50,569 bases of DNA from positions 107,519-158,087 of the forward strand of contig JAAZKV010000018.1 in NCBI GenBank assembly GCA_012799645.1, in the 5' to 3' direction. The position numbers and the translations under genes are program-made. Position 1 is the stretch's first letter; the number at the start of each line of letters is the position of its first letter. Source of the DNA: Candidatus Iainarchaeum sp. (lineage in GTDB: Archaea > Iainarchaeota > Iainarchaeia > Iainarchaeales > JAAZKV01). A model generated the notes under the pieces. That model had not been told where the DNA came from, did not search any database, and saw nothing but the letters and a program-made list of their open reading frames with translations. Positions 28,141 through 38,244 of this stretch are shown one piece after another.

Positions 28141-28872
28141 TTAGATGTCATAATCTTCTATTTTTTTTATTACTATTCCGTTTTCTGTTATTTGTAGTGG
28201 GTGCAAGTCTTCTGAGTGTTTTGTTGCTCTCATTTTTCTTATGTGTAGTGTTCTGTTTGATTGGGTTCCTAGCCCCATGTAGTGTAGGATTATTACTCCG
28301 TCAGCAACAAATTCTTCTACTCCATATTTTCCAAATTGTTTTGAATCTTCATTGATTTCTGTTGTCATTACTGTTGTTACTCCTGCTCTTGATAATAAGT
28401 ATACTAATTTTAGTATTGCTTTTCTTATGTCGTGTTCGTTTTGAAAATTTAATCCGAGTGCGGGGATTGAATCTATTACTACTCTTTTTGCTCTTATTTT
28501 TTTTATGGTTTTCATTATTTCTAATAATAATTTGTCTAGATCAAATCCTGTTGCTGGGAGTGTAAATTCTTCGTCGCTCGGTATTCCTATTTTTGAAGTT
28601 GTCCCATCTATTATTTTTATTAGTTCTTGGTCTTCATATTGTCTTAAATTCCATCCAAATCGTAACATATCTTCTCTGATTAGTTCTGGTCTTTCATCAA
28701 GTGTTACGTATATTCCTGCTTCTCCTAGTTTTGCTCCGTTTATTAAAAATTGTGTTGCGAATATTGTTTTTCCTGTTCCTGGTCCTCCGCTGATTAAGAA
28801 ACTTCTTCCTTCTGGTAATCCCCCTTCAATTAGTTCATCAAATCCGGGGATGTTTGTTTTTATTCTGTTCAT
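28141..28872 (-). CDS. KaiC-like RecA-superfamily ATPase (single domain)
   Basis: GGPGTGKT, VTLDE, RVVIDSI, GVEEFVADGVI, IRKMRATKHS. Confidence 0.92.
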   Translation of the reverse strand: MNRIKTNIPGFDELIEGGLPEGRSFLISGGPGTGKTIFATQFLINGAKLGEAGIYVTLDERPELIREDMLRFGWNLRQYEDQELIKIIDGTTSKIGIPSDEEFTLPATGFDLDKLLLEIMKTIKKIRAKRVVIDSIPALGLNFQNEHDIRKAILKLVYLLSRAGVTTVMTTEINEDSKQFGKYGVEEFVADGVIILHYMGLGTQSNRTLHIRKMRATKHSEDLHPLQITENGIVIKKIEDYDI

Positions 28873-28984
28873 TTTTATCAATTTTATATTGTTTTTTCTT
28901 GTTTATTAATCTTTTCTTATTATTTTTTTTGTTTGTTTTGTTCAAAAAGGTGTTTGGTTATTTTTTTTGACAATTTTTTTTTAA

Positions 28985-30160
28985 TTATTTTTTATTTTTT
29001 TTAATGAATTTTTTGTATCCTGTCCATACTATTGCGATTATTACTATTAGTATGATTAGGTTTAGGATTAGGTTTGGTTGTTCGTTTGTTTTTTCTTGGT
29101 GTGGTAGTGTTAGTTCTATTGTTTTGGTTTTTGTTTTTGCATCACTATCTTGGTAAGTTATTTTTAGTGTTATTGTTTTTGTTTCTTCGTTTGTTGTTAG
29201 TTTTGTTTTTATTGAGTCAATATCGTTTGGTTCTATGCTTCCAATGAATTGTTTTTCTTTATCTATTGTTCCGTTTCCACTTATTTCTATCATTGTGTAC
29301 TCTGCTTTTCCTTCTCCGCTGTTGAATAATTCTATTGTTATTTCAGTTTGGTTTCCTATTGTTTTTGTTTCTTTTATTGCTGCGTCAAGTTTTACTTCTC
29401 CTGATATTTTGAATCCGATGTATGATGTGTCTGTTATTCTTGTTCCTGATGGGTTTCTGTACGATATTTTTACTGGTAAGGTGTAATTTTTTAGTGTTGC
29501 GTTTCTGTTTACACTAATTTTTAGTGTGGTTGTTTTTGTTTCGCTTGGCATTATTTTTTCAATGTGTGTTGTTGCTGCTCCTAGTGGGGTTATTTCTCTT
29601 TCAATTATTGCTCCTGATGCGGTGATTGTTCTATCTTCTTGTAGTTCTGTTATTATGTCGTATGCTGTGCTTGTTCCAACATTTTGTATAGTAAAAGTTA
29701 TTTCTTTTTCTTCTCCCGGAATTAGTTTTTCTGTTGAGATATTAATTATTTTTAGTGTTGGTTCTTTTCCACTAATTATTATTGGATAGTTGCGTGTTAT
29801 TCCGTTTGGTTGATCTTTTGTGCTGGTTGTTATTGGTATTTCGTAAGTTTTGTTTTCTGCTGATGGATCAATGTATACTATGAATTGTGCTAGTGCTTTT
29901 CCGTATTTTTGTATGTCTCCAATATTTTTTGTATTTTCTTCTTTGATTGTGAATGGGTATTCATTTTTTATTTCAAGAGTCACTTCTTTTTGAATAATAT
30001 TTTCATTATTTTCTAGTTGGATTAATAGGGTGGTTGTTGTTCCTGGGATTGCTGGGCTTGGATTGTAATTTATTTGGGTGATGTCCGGCACTGCTGCGAA
30101 TGCAACTCCCATTAATAGAATTATGGTTAGTAGTATAGTTAGTAGTGTTGTTTTTTTCAT
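28985..30160 (-). CDS. COG1361-type S-layer domain protein
   Basis: Signal peptide, YNPSPAIPG, IQNVGTSTA, FNSGEGKA, FIGSIEPND, C-terminal TM. Confidence 0.85.
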   Translation of the reverse strand: MKKTTLLTILLTIILLMGVAFAAVPDITQINYNPSPAIPGTTTTLLIQLENNENIIQKEVTLEIKNEYPFTIKEENTKNIGDIQKYGKALAQFIVYIDPSAENKTYEIPITTSTKDQPNGITRNYPIIISGKEPTLKIINISTEKLIPGEEKEITFTIQNVGTSTAYDIITELQEDRTITASGAIIEREITPLGAATTHIEKIMPSETKTTTLKISVNRNATLKNYTLPVKISYRNPSGTRITDTSYIGFKISGEVKLDAAIKETKTIGNQTEITIELFNSGEGKAEYTMIEISGNGTIDKEKQFIGSIEPNDIDSIKTKLTTNEETKTITLKITYQDSDAKTKTKTIELTLPHQEKTNEQPNLILNLIILIVIIAIVWTGYKKFIKKNKK

Positions 30161-30202
30161 TTTTCTCCACCTTTTTTCTATATTTATTTTAGTGTTAAAG
30201 GT

Positions 30203-31948
30203 TTATATTCTCTCGGCTTGTTGGATTGAAGGGATTTTTTCTATTTTTTCTAAGAGTTTTTCCAGTTTTTGGTATGAAGATATTTCTATTTTTAGTATTG
30301 CTTCTAAGTATCCTGTTTTTTTTATTTTAAAGTTTGTTGATTTTAGTATTGCTCCGCTCTTTTTTATTTCTGTTAATATTTCTCCAAGTAATCCTGCTCT
30401 TTCTATTGCAGTTATTTTTATTTCTGTTGTTCCTTTTTCTTTTTCAAAAGCAATATCCACTAATTTATTTTTTGGTAGTAGTTGAATATTTTTGCAATCT
30501 TTTTTGTGTATTATTATTTTTCTTTTTGTTGTTTTTACTCCTATCACATCTTCTCCTGGTAGTGGGTGGCAACATTCAGCCATTTTTATTTTTTTAATTG
30601 ATTGTCCTTTTTGAGGGGTTGTTGTTTTTTTCGGAGAGGTTTTTATTTTAAAATAATTTTTTATTTTTGATTTAGCTTTTTCTGATACTACATAGTTTAA
30701 CCAGTTTTTTTGTATTGTTGGTTTTGCTGCAGTTATTATTTCTACTTTGTCAAGGTTTTTTAGTTTTGTTTCAATTGGCGCGATTTCCCCGTTTATTTTT
30801 GTTTTAAATATTTTTTTTCCGATTTCTGTGTGTACCGCGAATGCAAAATCTATTGGGGTTGCTTCTTGTGGTAACACAATTGCTTCATTTTTTGGAGTGA
30901 ATGCAAATATTTTTTTTCCAAGGTTTCTTTTTTTGAAAGTATCTTCTCCTGCTGATTTTTGCCATTCTATTAGTTGTCTTTCCCAGCTTATTTCTTTTTC
31001 CAGTTCTTTGAATTTTTTTACTCTTTTGTATTGCCAGTATAAACTTGATTCTATTCGTAGGTGTTGTTCCCAGGTTCTTATTTGAAATTCAATAATGTCT
31101 TTGTTTCTAATTACTGCGGTGTGTATGCTTTGGTATCCGTTACTTTTTGGTTTTGCGATGTAATCATCAAATGCTTCTTGTATTATTTCATATTTTGAAT
31201 GAACTATTCCTAGTGCTTCGTAGCATTGTTTTTCTTTTTCACAAATTATTCTTATCCCATATAGATCATACATTTGGTTAAATGACACTCTTTTTAGTTT
31301 TTCATATATTGATTTAAAGTTTTTTGGTCTTCCGTGCACTTTTATTTTTATTTTTTCTTTTTCAAATAGTTTTTCCACTTCTTTTTGTATTTGTAAAATT
31401 AGTTCTTCTCTTTCTTTTCTACTTTTTTTCACCATTTTTTTTATTTTTTGGTATGCTTGTGGGTTTTGTTGTTTGAACACATAATCTTGTATTTGCCAAT
31501 CAACTCCGCTTATCCCATATTTTATTGCGAGAGGGGAGTAAATATTTTCAGCTATTTTTATTTTTTGTTCTTTTTCTTCTTCGTTTATTTCTCTTAAATT
31601 TATTGCGCATTCTGTTACTTTGATTATTATTGGTTCAAGGGTGGTGGTGATAGTGGTTATTAGTTCGCTTAGGGTAGTGTTATCAATTTTGTTAATGTTT
31701 GTTTCAATTATTTCTTCAATATTTACACATTCTTTCGTGATTTGCGCGGTTTTTTCTCCATATTTTTCTTTTATTTCTTCGTAAGTTGTTTTGTTTTTGT
31801 ATAGTGTGTTTTGTAATATTGCTGCGAGTATTGCTTCTTCTTCTAATTGTTTTTGTTTTAGGATAGTTATTATTTTTTCTAATTTTTCAATGTTTTCGTT
31901 TTCGTTTCTTTCTTTGACAAACCTTAGTGCATTTTCTTCTCGGTTCAT
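30203..31948 (-). CDS. relA: Long RelA/SpoT homolog (degenerate HD, SYNTH, TGS, ZFD, ACT)
   Basis: GRPKNFKSIYEK, DLYGIRII, FDDYIAKPKSNGYQSIHT, EFQIRT, FAFTPK..ATPIDFAFAVHTEIG, AECCHPLPGE..IHKKDC, ERAGLL; HD replaced by AAILQN. Confidence 0.93.
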   Translation of the reverse strand: MNREENALRFVKERNENENIEKLEKIITILKQKQLEEEAILAAILQNTLYKNKTTYEEIKEKYGEKTAQITKECVNIEEIIETNINKIDNTTLSELITTITTTLEPIIIKVTECAINLREINEEEKEQKIKIAENIYSPLAIKYGISGVDWQIQDYVFKQQNPQAYQKIKKMVKKSRKEREELILQIQKEVEKLFEKEKIKIKVHGRPKNFKSIYEKLKRVSFNQMYDLYGIRIICEKEKQCYEALGIVHSKYEIIQEAFDDYIAKPKSNGYQSIHTAVIRNKDIIEFQIRTWEQHLRIESSLYWQYKRVKKFKELEKEISWERQLIEWQKSAGEDTFKKRNLGKKIFAFTPKNEAIVLPQEATPIDFAFAVHTEIGKKIFKTKINGEIAPIETKLKNLDKVEIITAAKPTIQKNWLNYVVSEKAKSKIKNYFKIKTSPKKTTTPQKGQSIKKIKMAECCHPLPGEDVIGVKTTKRKIIIHKKDCKNIQLLPKNKLVDIAFEKEKGTTEIKITAIERAGLLGEILTEIKKSGAILKSTNFKIKKTGYLEAILKIEISSYQKLEKLLEKIEKIPSIQQAERI

Positions 31949-32160
31949 ATAAATAATTTAAAGAGTTCTTTTTTAATAATATTTTCCTTCCTTTTATTTT
32001 GTTTTTGTGTTTTTCTTCGTTTTTGGTTTTTTTCGTTTAGGTTTTTTACATAGTGTTCTTTTCTCCATTTTACTTTAAATTTTTTTTGTTTCTTTTTCTA
32101 ATTTTTTTATCCGATATGGTTTTATTATGGTTTAGTTATTTATTTGTTAGGTGGTTGTGG

Positions 32161-32466
32161 ATGGTTGTTCCAGTTTTTGAAAATGTTGAATTTATTAAAT
32201 TTCCTGATGTTGATGAATCAGATTTATCAATTCTTAATAAATCCTTGTTCCATTTTTTCAAAAGAGCCCCTAATGGCAAATTAAACTTGACTCATAAGAG
32301 TTACAATAAGGGTGGATTTAAAACTCAACACGAGATTAATGGTAGATTGTTGATTAATGGTCAAGAGTATTTTGCGAGTGTTGTTTCTTGGGAATTTTTG
32401 GATTCCGTTCAAAAAGTTTTAGATAAATTAAGTAGGAAAGTGCGTAAAGCACGTTCCCAAAAATGA
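32161..32466 (+). CDS. HPF/RaiA-like (ribosome hibernation) domain protein
   Basis: LTHKSYNKGG..HEINGRLLINGQEYFASVVSWEFLDSVQKVLDKLSRKV fits the HPF beta-alpha pattern; AGGTGG SD. Confidence 0.65.
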   Translation: MVVPVFENVEFIKFPDVDESDLSILNKSLFHFFKRAPNGKLNLTHKSYNKGGFKTQHEINGRLLINGQEYFASVVSWEFLDSVQKVLDKLSRKVRKARSQK

Positions 32467-32615
32467 TTGTTCCAATGGTTGCATTTTGAATGTGCTTTGG
32501 GGGGGTTTGTCCTTCTTGTTTTAGCGATTTTTTGTTTGTAGCGTGTTTTTAATTTTGATCTTTTTCTTTTTTTATTTGTTTCTTGTTTTGTTTTATTTTT
32601 TTAATTTTAGTGTTT

Positions 32616-32915
32616 TTATTTTCTTTTCTTTTTTGGTGCACTTTTCTTTTTTGTTGCTTTTTTTGTTGTTTTTTTAGCTGGTTTTTTTGCAGGTTTCTTT
32701 TTTGGTGCACTTTTCTTTTTTGTTGCTTTTGTTACTTTTTTTGTTGTTTTTGTTTTCACACTTTTTTTAGGTTTATTAATGGTTTTAGGTTTAGTGCTTT
32801 TTGAAGATACAGTTTCTCCTTTCTCTTCTTGAAGTTCTTTTCTCATTTGTTCAATTAGTTCTTTAACCGACATTTTCTTTTCAAATACCATTTGGATTTC
32901 CTCCAATAAACTCAT
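32616..32915 (-). CDS. Protein with histone H1-like Lys/Ala/Pro-rich C-terminal repeats
   Basis: Helical N-terminus, then KKSAPKKKPAKKPAKKTTKKATKKKSAPKKKRK. Confidence 0.75.
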   Translation of the reverse strand: MSLLEEIQMVFEKKMSVKELIEQMRKELQEEKGETVSSKSTKPKTINKPKKSVKTKTTKKVTKATKKKSAPKKKPAKKPAKKTTKKATKKKSAPKKKRK

Positions 32916-33079
32916 CAATTTACGCTTTAGGTATATAAAAACCTTTCCCAAAAATTAAGCTTTATACATAATATTTTTCTTTTTCGCCCTTATCCTTATT
33001 TGTTTTCATTTAAATGAAGATTTATGTAGAAGTTTGGTGTTTTTTATTTAGTGTTTTTTGAATGTTTTTTTGTTTTTTT

Positions 33080-33345
<266 letters not shown>

Positions 33346-33351
33346 ATGTAA

Positions 33352-34533
<1,182 letters not shown>

Positions 34534-34737
34534 AAAATTAATATGTAATGTGCAAATCAAAATTTAATTTAGTGTGAATTGATTTTGGTTCTTTGGTTTG
34601 TGTTTTTTTTTTATTTGTTCAAAAATATGTTTGATTATTTTTTTAATTATTTTTTTGATTATTTTTTTGTTGTTTTGTTTTTTATGTGGTTTTGTTAATT
34701 TTGTTTTTTGTTTTATTTTGTTTTTTGTTAAAAGTTT

Positions 34738-34766
34738 TTTTGCAGAGGTGCTTTCCCTCTGCAAAA
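34738..34766. terminator. Hairpin between convergent tgt and radA
   Basis: TTTTGCAGAGG-tgctttc-CCTCTGCAAAA. Confidence 0.6.
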
Positions 34767-34789
34767 TTTTAGTATTATTTTGTTGTTTT

Positions 34790-35740
34790 TTATTCTAGAT
34801 CTTCAATTCCATTTTCTGTAATTCTGTAGATTGCTTCTCCGTCAGGTAGTGATGGTGAGTCAACTAGTTTTGCTACTCTTTTGTCTTCTTTACTTTTTCT
34901 TAAGTATAATCTGGTTTTTGATGCGTGCCCTACTACGTTTCCTCCTACGGGTTCTGTTGGGTCTCCAAATAATATGTCAGGTCTTGACATTACTTGGTTT
35001 GTTACTAGTACTGCGATGTTGTTTATTTCTGCTGTTTTTTGCAGTGTTCTCATGTGTTTGTTTAATCTTTGTTGTCTTTCCGCTAGTGTTCCTCTTCCAA
35101 TGAACTCTGCTCTGAATTGTGCTGTTAGTGAATCAACTATTAGTAATTTTACATTTTTTTCTTTTATCATTTCAGTTGCTTTTTCTGCGAGTATCATTTG
35201 GTGTTCTGCGTTGTATGCTCTTGCTACAAAAATATTTTTTAGGGCGGCATCCACATCAAGTCCGAATCTTTTCGCTACTTGAATTACTCTTTCCGGTCTG
35301 AAAGAATTTTCTGAATCAATGTATAAGCAGGTTCCTTCTAGTCCTCCTTGTTCTAGTGGTAGTTGTACTGTTACTGCTGTTTGGAATGCCCATTGTGATT
35401 TTCCTGCAGCCATTTTTCCGTAAATTTCTGTGATTGATTGGGTTTCTATTCCTCCCCCAATTAAAGAATCAAGTTCTTTACTTCCTGTAGTGATTCTTCC
35501 TACAAGTTTTCTTTTTTCTGCGAGTACATCAGCTGATTCGAATCCCATTTCTAGCGTGTCTCTTGCTGCTTTTATTGCTTTTTCCGCAGTTCCTTCTCCT
35601 ATTCCTGCTACTTCTTTTAGTTCCATTACACTTGCAACAGCCATTGATTCTATTGTTTTAAAACCAGCATCTTCTAATTTTTTTGCTGCTGCATCCCCAA
35701 TTCCGGGCAAATCAGATACTTTTTTTATTTCCTTAGCCAT
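34790..35740 (-). CDS. radA: DNA repair and recombination protein RadA
   Basis: LPGIG HhH, GGGIETQSITEIYG..GKSQ, YIDSENSFRPER, DSLTAQFRAE..GRGTLAERQQ, VDSPSLP; GAGGTGA SD. Confidence 0.97.
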   Translation of the reverse strand: MAKEIKKVSDLPGIGDAAAKKLEDAGFKTIESMAVASVMELKEVAGIGEGTAEKAIKAARDTLEMGFESADVLAEKRKLVGRITTGSKELDSLIGGGIETQSITEIYGKMAAGKSQWAFQTAVTVQLPLEQGGLEGTCLYIDSENSFRPERVIQVAKRFGLDVDAALKNIFVARAYNAEHQMILAEKATEMIKEKNVKLLIVDSLTAQFRAEFIGRGTLAERQQRLNKHMRTLQKTAEINNIAVLVTNQVMSRPDILFGDPTEPVGGNVVGHASKTRLYLRKSKEDKRVAKLVDSPSLPDGEAIYRITENGIEDLE

Positions 35741-35759
35741 ATTTTTCACCTCTAGTTCA

Positions 35760-35809
35760 AGCGTTTTTTAGGCACTTACACTCTTGGCATTAGTGTTGCC
35801 TTTTACGCT
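35760..35809 (-). promoter_or_regulatory. Structured 5' leader of radA (nested stem-loop)
   Basis: Minus strand AGCGT-aaa-AGGCA-ACACT-(9 nt)-AGTGT-aag-TGCCT-aaaaa-ACGCT, ending 7 nt before the SD. Confidence 0.55.
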
Positions 35810-35929
35810 AACTACAATTATTTTGTGTTCCGTTCTTTTTAAACACTTTTTGAGTGCGATGCCGGTGGTGGTTGGTTTTGTTTTTTTGTTTGGAATTGTG
35901 TTTTTATATTTTTTGTATTTGTTTTTGTT

Positions 35930-36454
35930 ATGAGTGAAGAGTTTGGGGTTTCTCGTCCTACTTGGGATGAGTATTTTATGTTATCAGCAATTATTGCTGC
36001 TTCTCGTTCTTCTTGTATTAAGTTCAAATCAGGGGCTGTGATTGTAAAAAATAAAAGAATTATTTGTTCTGGTTATAATGGAGTTGCTCCTGGGGTTCAT
36101 TCTTGTTTTGATTTGGGTTATTGTAGAAAAGAACAAGCAGGGGTGGATTGGGGGACAAAAGGATCAGGGCATTGTTTAGCTACTCACGCAGAAGCGAATG
36201 CGATTGTTCAAAATCACGAAAAAGATTTAACAGGAGCGACAATGTATTGTTTGCATTTTCCTTGCAATGAGTGCGCAAAATTAATTGCTTCAAGTGGAAT
36301 AAAAGAAGTTGTTTTTTTGAAACACTACAAAGACACTGTTCCAAAAGCCCAAGAAATATTTGCTTTTTCAGGAGTGAAGTTTAGAAAATTAGAAATGGAT
36401 TATGATAAACAATTAAAATTAATTGAAAAAGTAATGAAATCAACAAGAGAATAA
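35930..36454 (+). CDS. dCMP deaminase
   Basis: RPTWDEYFM, SGYNG, HAEANAI, PCNECAKLI. Confidence 0.93.
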   Translation: MSEEFGVSRPTWDEYFMLSAIIAASRSSCIKFKSGAVIVKNKRIICSGYNGVAPGVHSCFDLGYCRKEQAGVDWGTKGSGHCLATHAEANAIVQNHEKDLTGATMYCLHFPCNECAKLIASSGIKEVVFLKHYKDTVPKAQEIFAFSGVKFRKLEMDYDKQLKLIEKVMKSTRE

Positions 36455-36528
36455 TTAAGAGAATAATTAAGAGAGTAATTAAGAGAGTAATTAAGAGAGT
36501 AATTGGGGGAGTAATTGAGAGAATAATT
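36445..36528. repeat. 12-bp tandem repeat x7 (AAGAGARTAATT; last two copies degenerate)
   Basis: Directly visible; the first unit includes the deaminase stop codon. Confidence 0.9.
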
Positions 36529-36550
36529 ATTTAAAAAATATTTTTGAGTT

Positions 36551-36946
36551 CTACTTTTCTTTTATTATTTTTACTATTATTTTTCTTTCTCTTGGTCCAT
36601 CAAATTCAAAAAAATAAATTCCGTCCCACGTTCCGAGAACTAATTGTTTGTTTTCAATTATTAGTGTTTTTTCTTTTCCTACTATTGTTGATTTTAAGTG
36701 TGCGTCACTATTTCCTTCCGCGTGTAAGTAATTTATTTTTGGAACAATTTTTTCAAGAGCATTAATTAGATCAGTTTCCACATTAGGATCAGCGTTTTCG
36801 TTAATAATTATTCCCGCAGTGGTGTGCGGAGTATATATTACACAAATCCCTGTTATTGTTTTTGTTTTAGAAACAATTTTTTTAATTTGATTAGTAATAT
36901 CAATTAATTCGTTTCTTTTTTTTGTTTTTATTTTAATTTCTATCAA
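36551..36946 (-). CDS. yjbQ: YjbQ/UPF0047 family protein
   Basis: PHTTAGIIINENADP, HAEGNSDAHLKS, LGTWDGIYFFEFDGPR; TTG start after GGAGG. Confidence 0.93.
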   Translation of the reverse strand: MIEIKIKTKKRNELIDITNQIKKIVSKTKTITGICVIYTPHTTAGIIINENADPNVETDLINALEKIVPKINYLHAEGNSDAHLKSTIVGKEKTLIIENKQLVLGTWDGIYFFEFDGPRERKIIVKIIKEK

Positions 36947-37162
36947 AAAATCCCTCCTAAATTTTTGCCCCAAAAAAGTTGTCCAACAAATAATGTTATT
37001 TTATTTATTTGTTTTTTTAATTGTTCATTTCCTATTTTGTTTTTTGTTTTCTTGTTGTTTGTTTTTTTTATTATTTTTTCTCTTTTTATTATTTTTTTGT
37101 TTGAATTTATTTTTTGTTCGGTTGTTTTTTTGTTTTTCATTTTATTTTTTTAAGTTGTTTTT

Positions 37163-37921
37163 TTATTTTTGTTCTTCGTTTGTTGTTGTGTATTTTTCGT
37201 AGAGGTCAATGAATATGTCCGGCGTGTATTTCATTGCTTCTTCTAGTAGCATTGCTGATAATCTTCTTATTTCCCATTCTGCATGTTTGTCTAATCTTAG
37301 TTTGAATAGGTGTCTTAGTGCTCGTGCGTTAGCAAAGAACGAACAGTGGGATGCGAAACTCACCGGCATTACTTTTCTTCCATCTTGTTTTGTTGATCCG
37401 AGTTCAAGTTTTTTGTCATATAATTCAATTGCTTTTTTGTTTATTTCTTCATCAAGTGCCAATAGTTCTTTTACTTTTGCTTCATCAGTAATATAATCAT
37501 AAGTGTTGTACACAAATTGGTTTCCTGATGCTTTCACATATCTTGTGCTTCTAAAACTCCACCCTATTCCAATTTTGTGTCGTGTCCATTGTGCTTGGAG
37601 TGCTTTGCTTACTCCATCAACATCAAAAACATAATTCACTGCTTGTAGCGGGGTGTCGTGTCCCATTTGTACAAGTTTTCGAGTTAGTTGTTTGTCAAGT
37701 TCGTTATTTGCTTTTGGATCATCAGTGTATTTTGTGGTTGATTCCCAACAATGCCTTGATGTGTAAGCAGCAAGAGTGTTTGAATCAACTCCGCTTTCTT
37801 TCATTTCTTTAGTTGGTTCAGTTATCGCAATAAGTTTAACACTCGGTTCAACATTCCTGTAAACATTTTTTCTCAATTCTTTCCAAGGATCTTTAAGTCC
37901 TATTCCTGTTCGCAAATCCAT
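37163..37921 (-). CDS. thyX: FAD-dependent thymidylate synthase ThyX
   Basis: GHDTPLQ, GVSKALQAQWTRHK..SFRSTRYV, NARALRHLFKLRLDKHAEWEIR. Confidence 0.9.
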   Translation of the reverse strand: MDLRTGIGLKDPWKELRKNVYRNVEPSVKLIAITEPTKEMKESGVDSNTLAAYTSRHCWESTTKYTDDPKANNELDKQLTRKLVQMGHDTPLQAVNYVFDVDGVSKALQAQWTRHKIGIGWSFRSTRYVKASGNQFVYNTYDYITDEAKVKELLALDEEINKKAIELYDKKLELGSTKQDGRKVMPVSFASHCSFFANARALRHLFKLRLDKHAEWEIRRLSAMLLEEAMKYTPDIFIDLYEKYTTTNEEQK

Positions 37922-38244
37922 TTCAACAACCCCTCTTATTGAATAAATCCTATTCAATTTAAATTACTAACTAAATATTGTCCAAGAAATAATGTATTTA
38001 TTTTTTTGAAGGTTTAGTTTGATGTATTTTGGGTTGTTTTTTTTTGTTTGTGCTTATTTTTTTTGAAAAAATATTTTTGCATTAATATTGTTTTTTTGTT
38101 TTAGTTTTTATTTTAATTTTTTTAATTTTTTGTTTATTGTTTGTTTTTTTTAATTATTTTTTTATTAAAATTTTTTTTGATAATTATTTTTTTCAGATTT
38201 GTTTTTATTTTGATTAGTTCTATTGTGGTTGGAGGGGGTTGTTT

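Noticed and set aside
28141-28872. Circadian clock system
   Set aside because: Single-domain KaiC-like ATPases are common in archaea; no kaiA/kaiB in the window.
36445-36528. CRISPR array
   Set aside because: Contiguous 12-bp units without unique spacers; no cas genes in the window.
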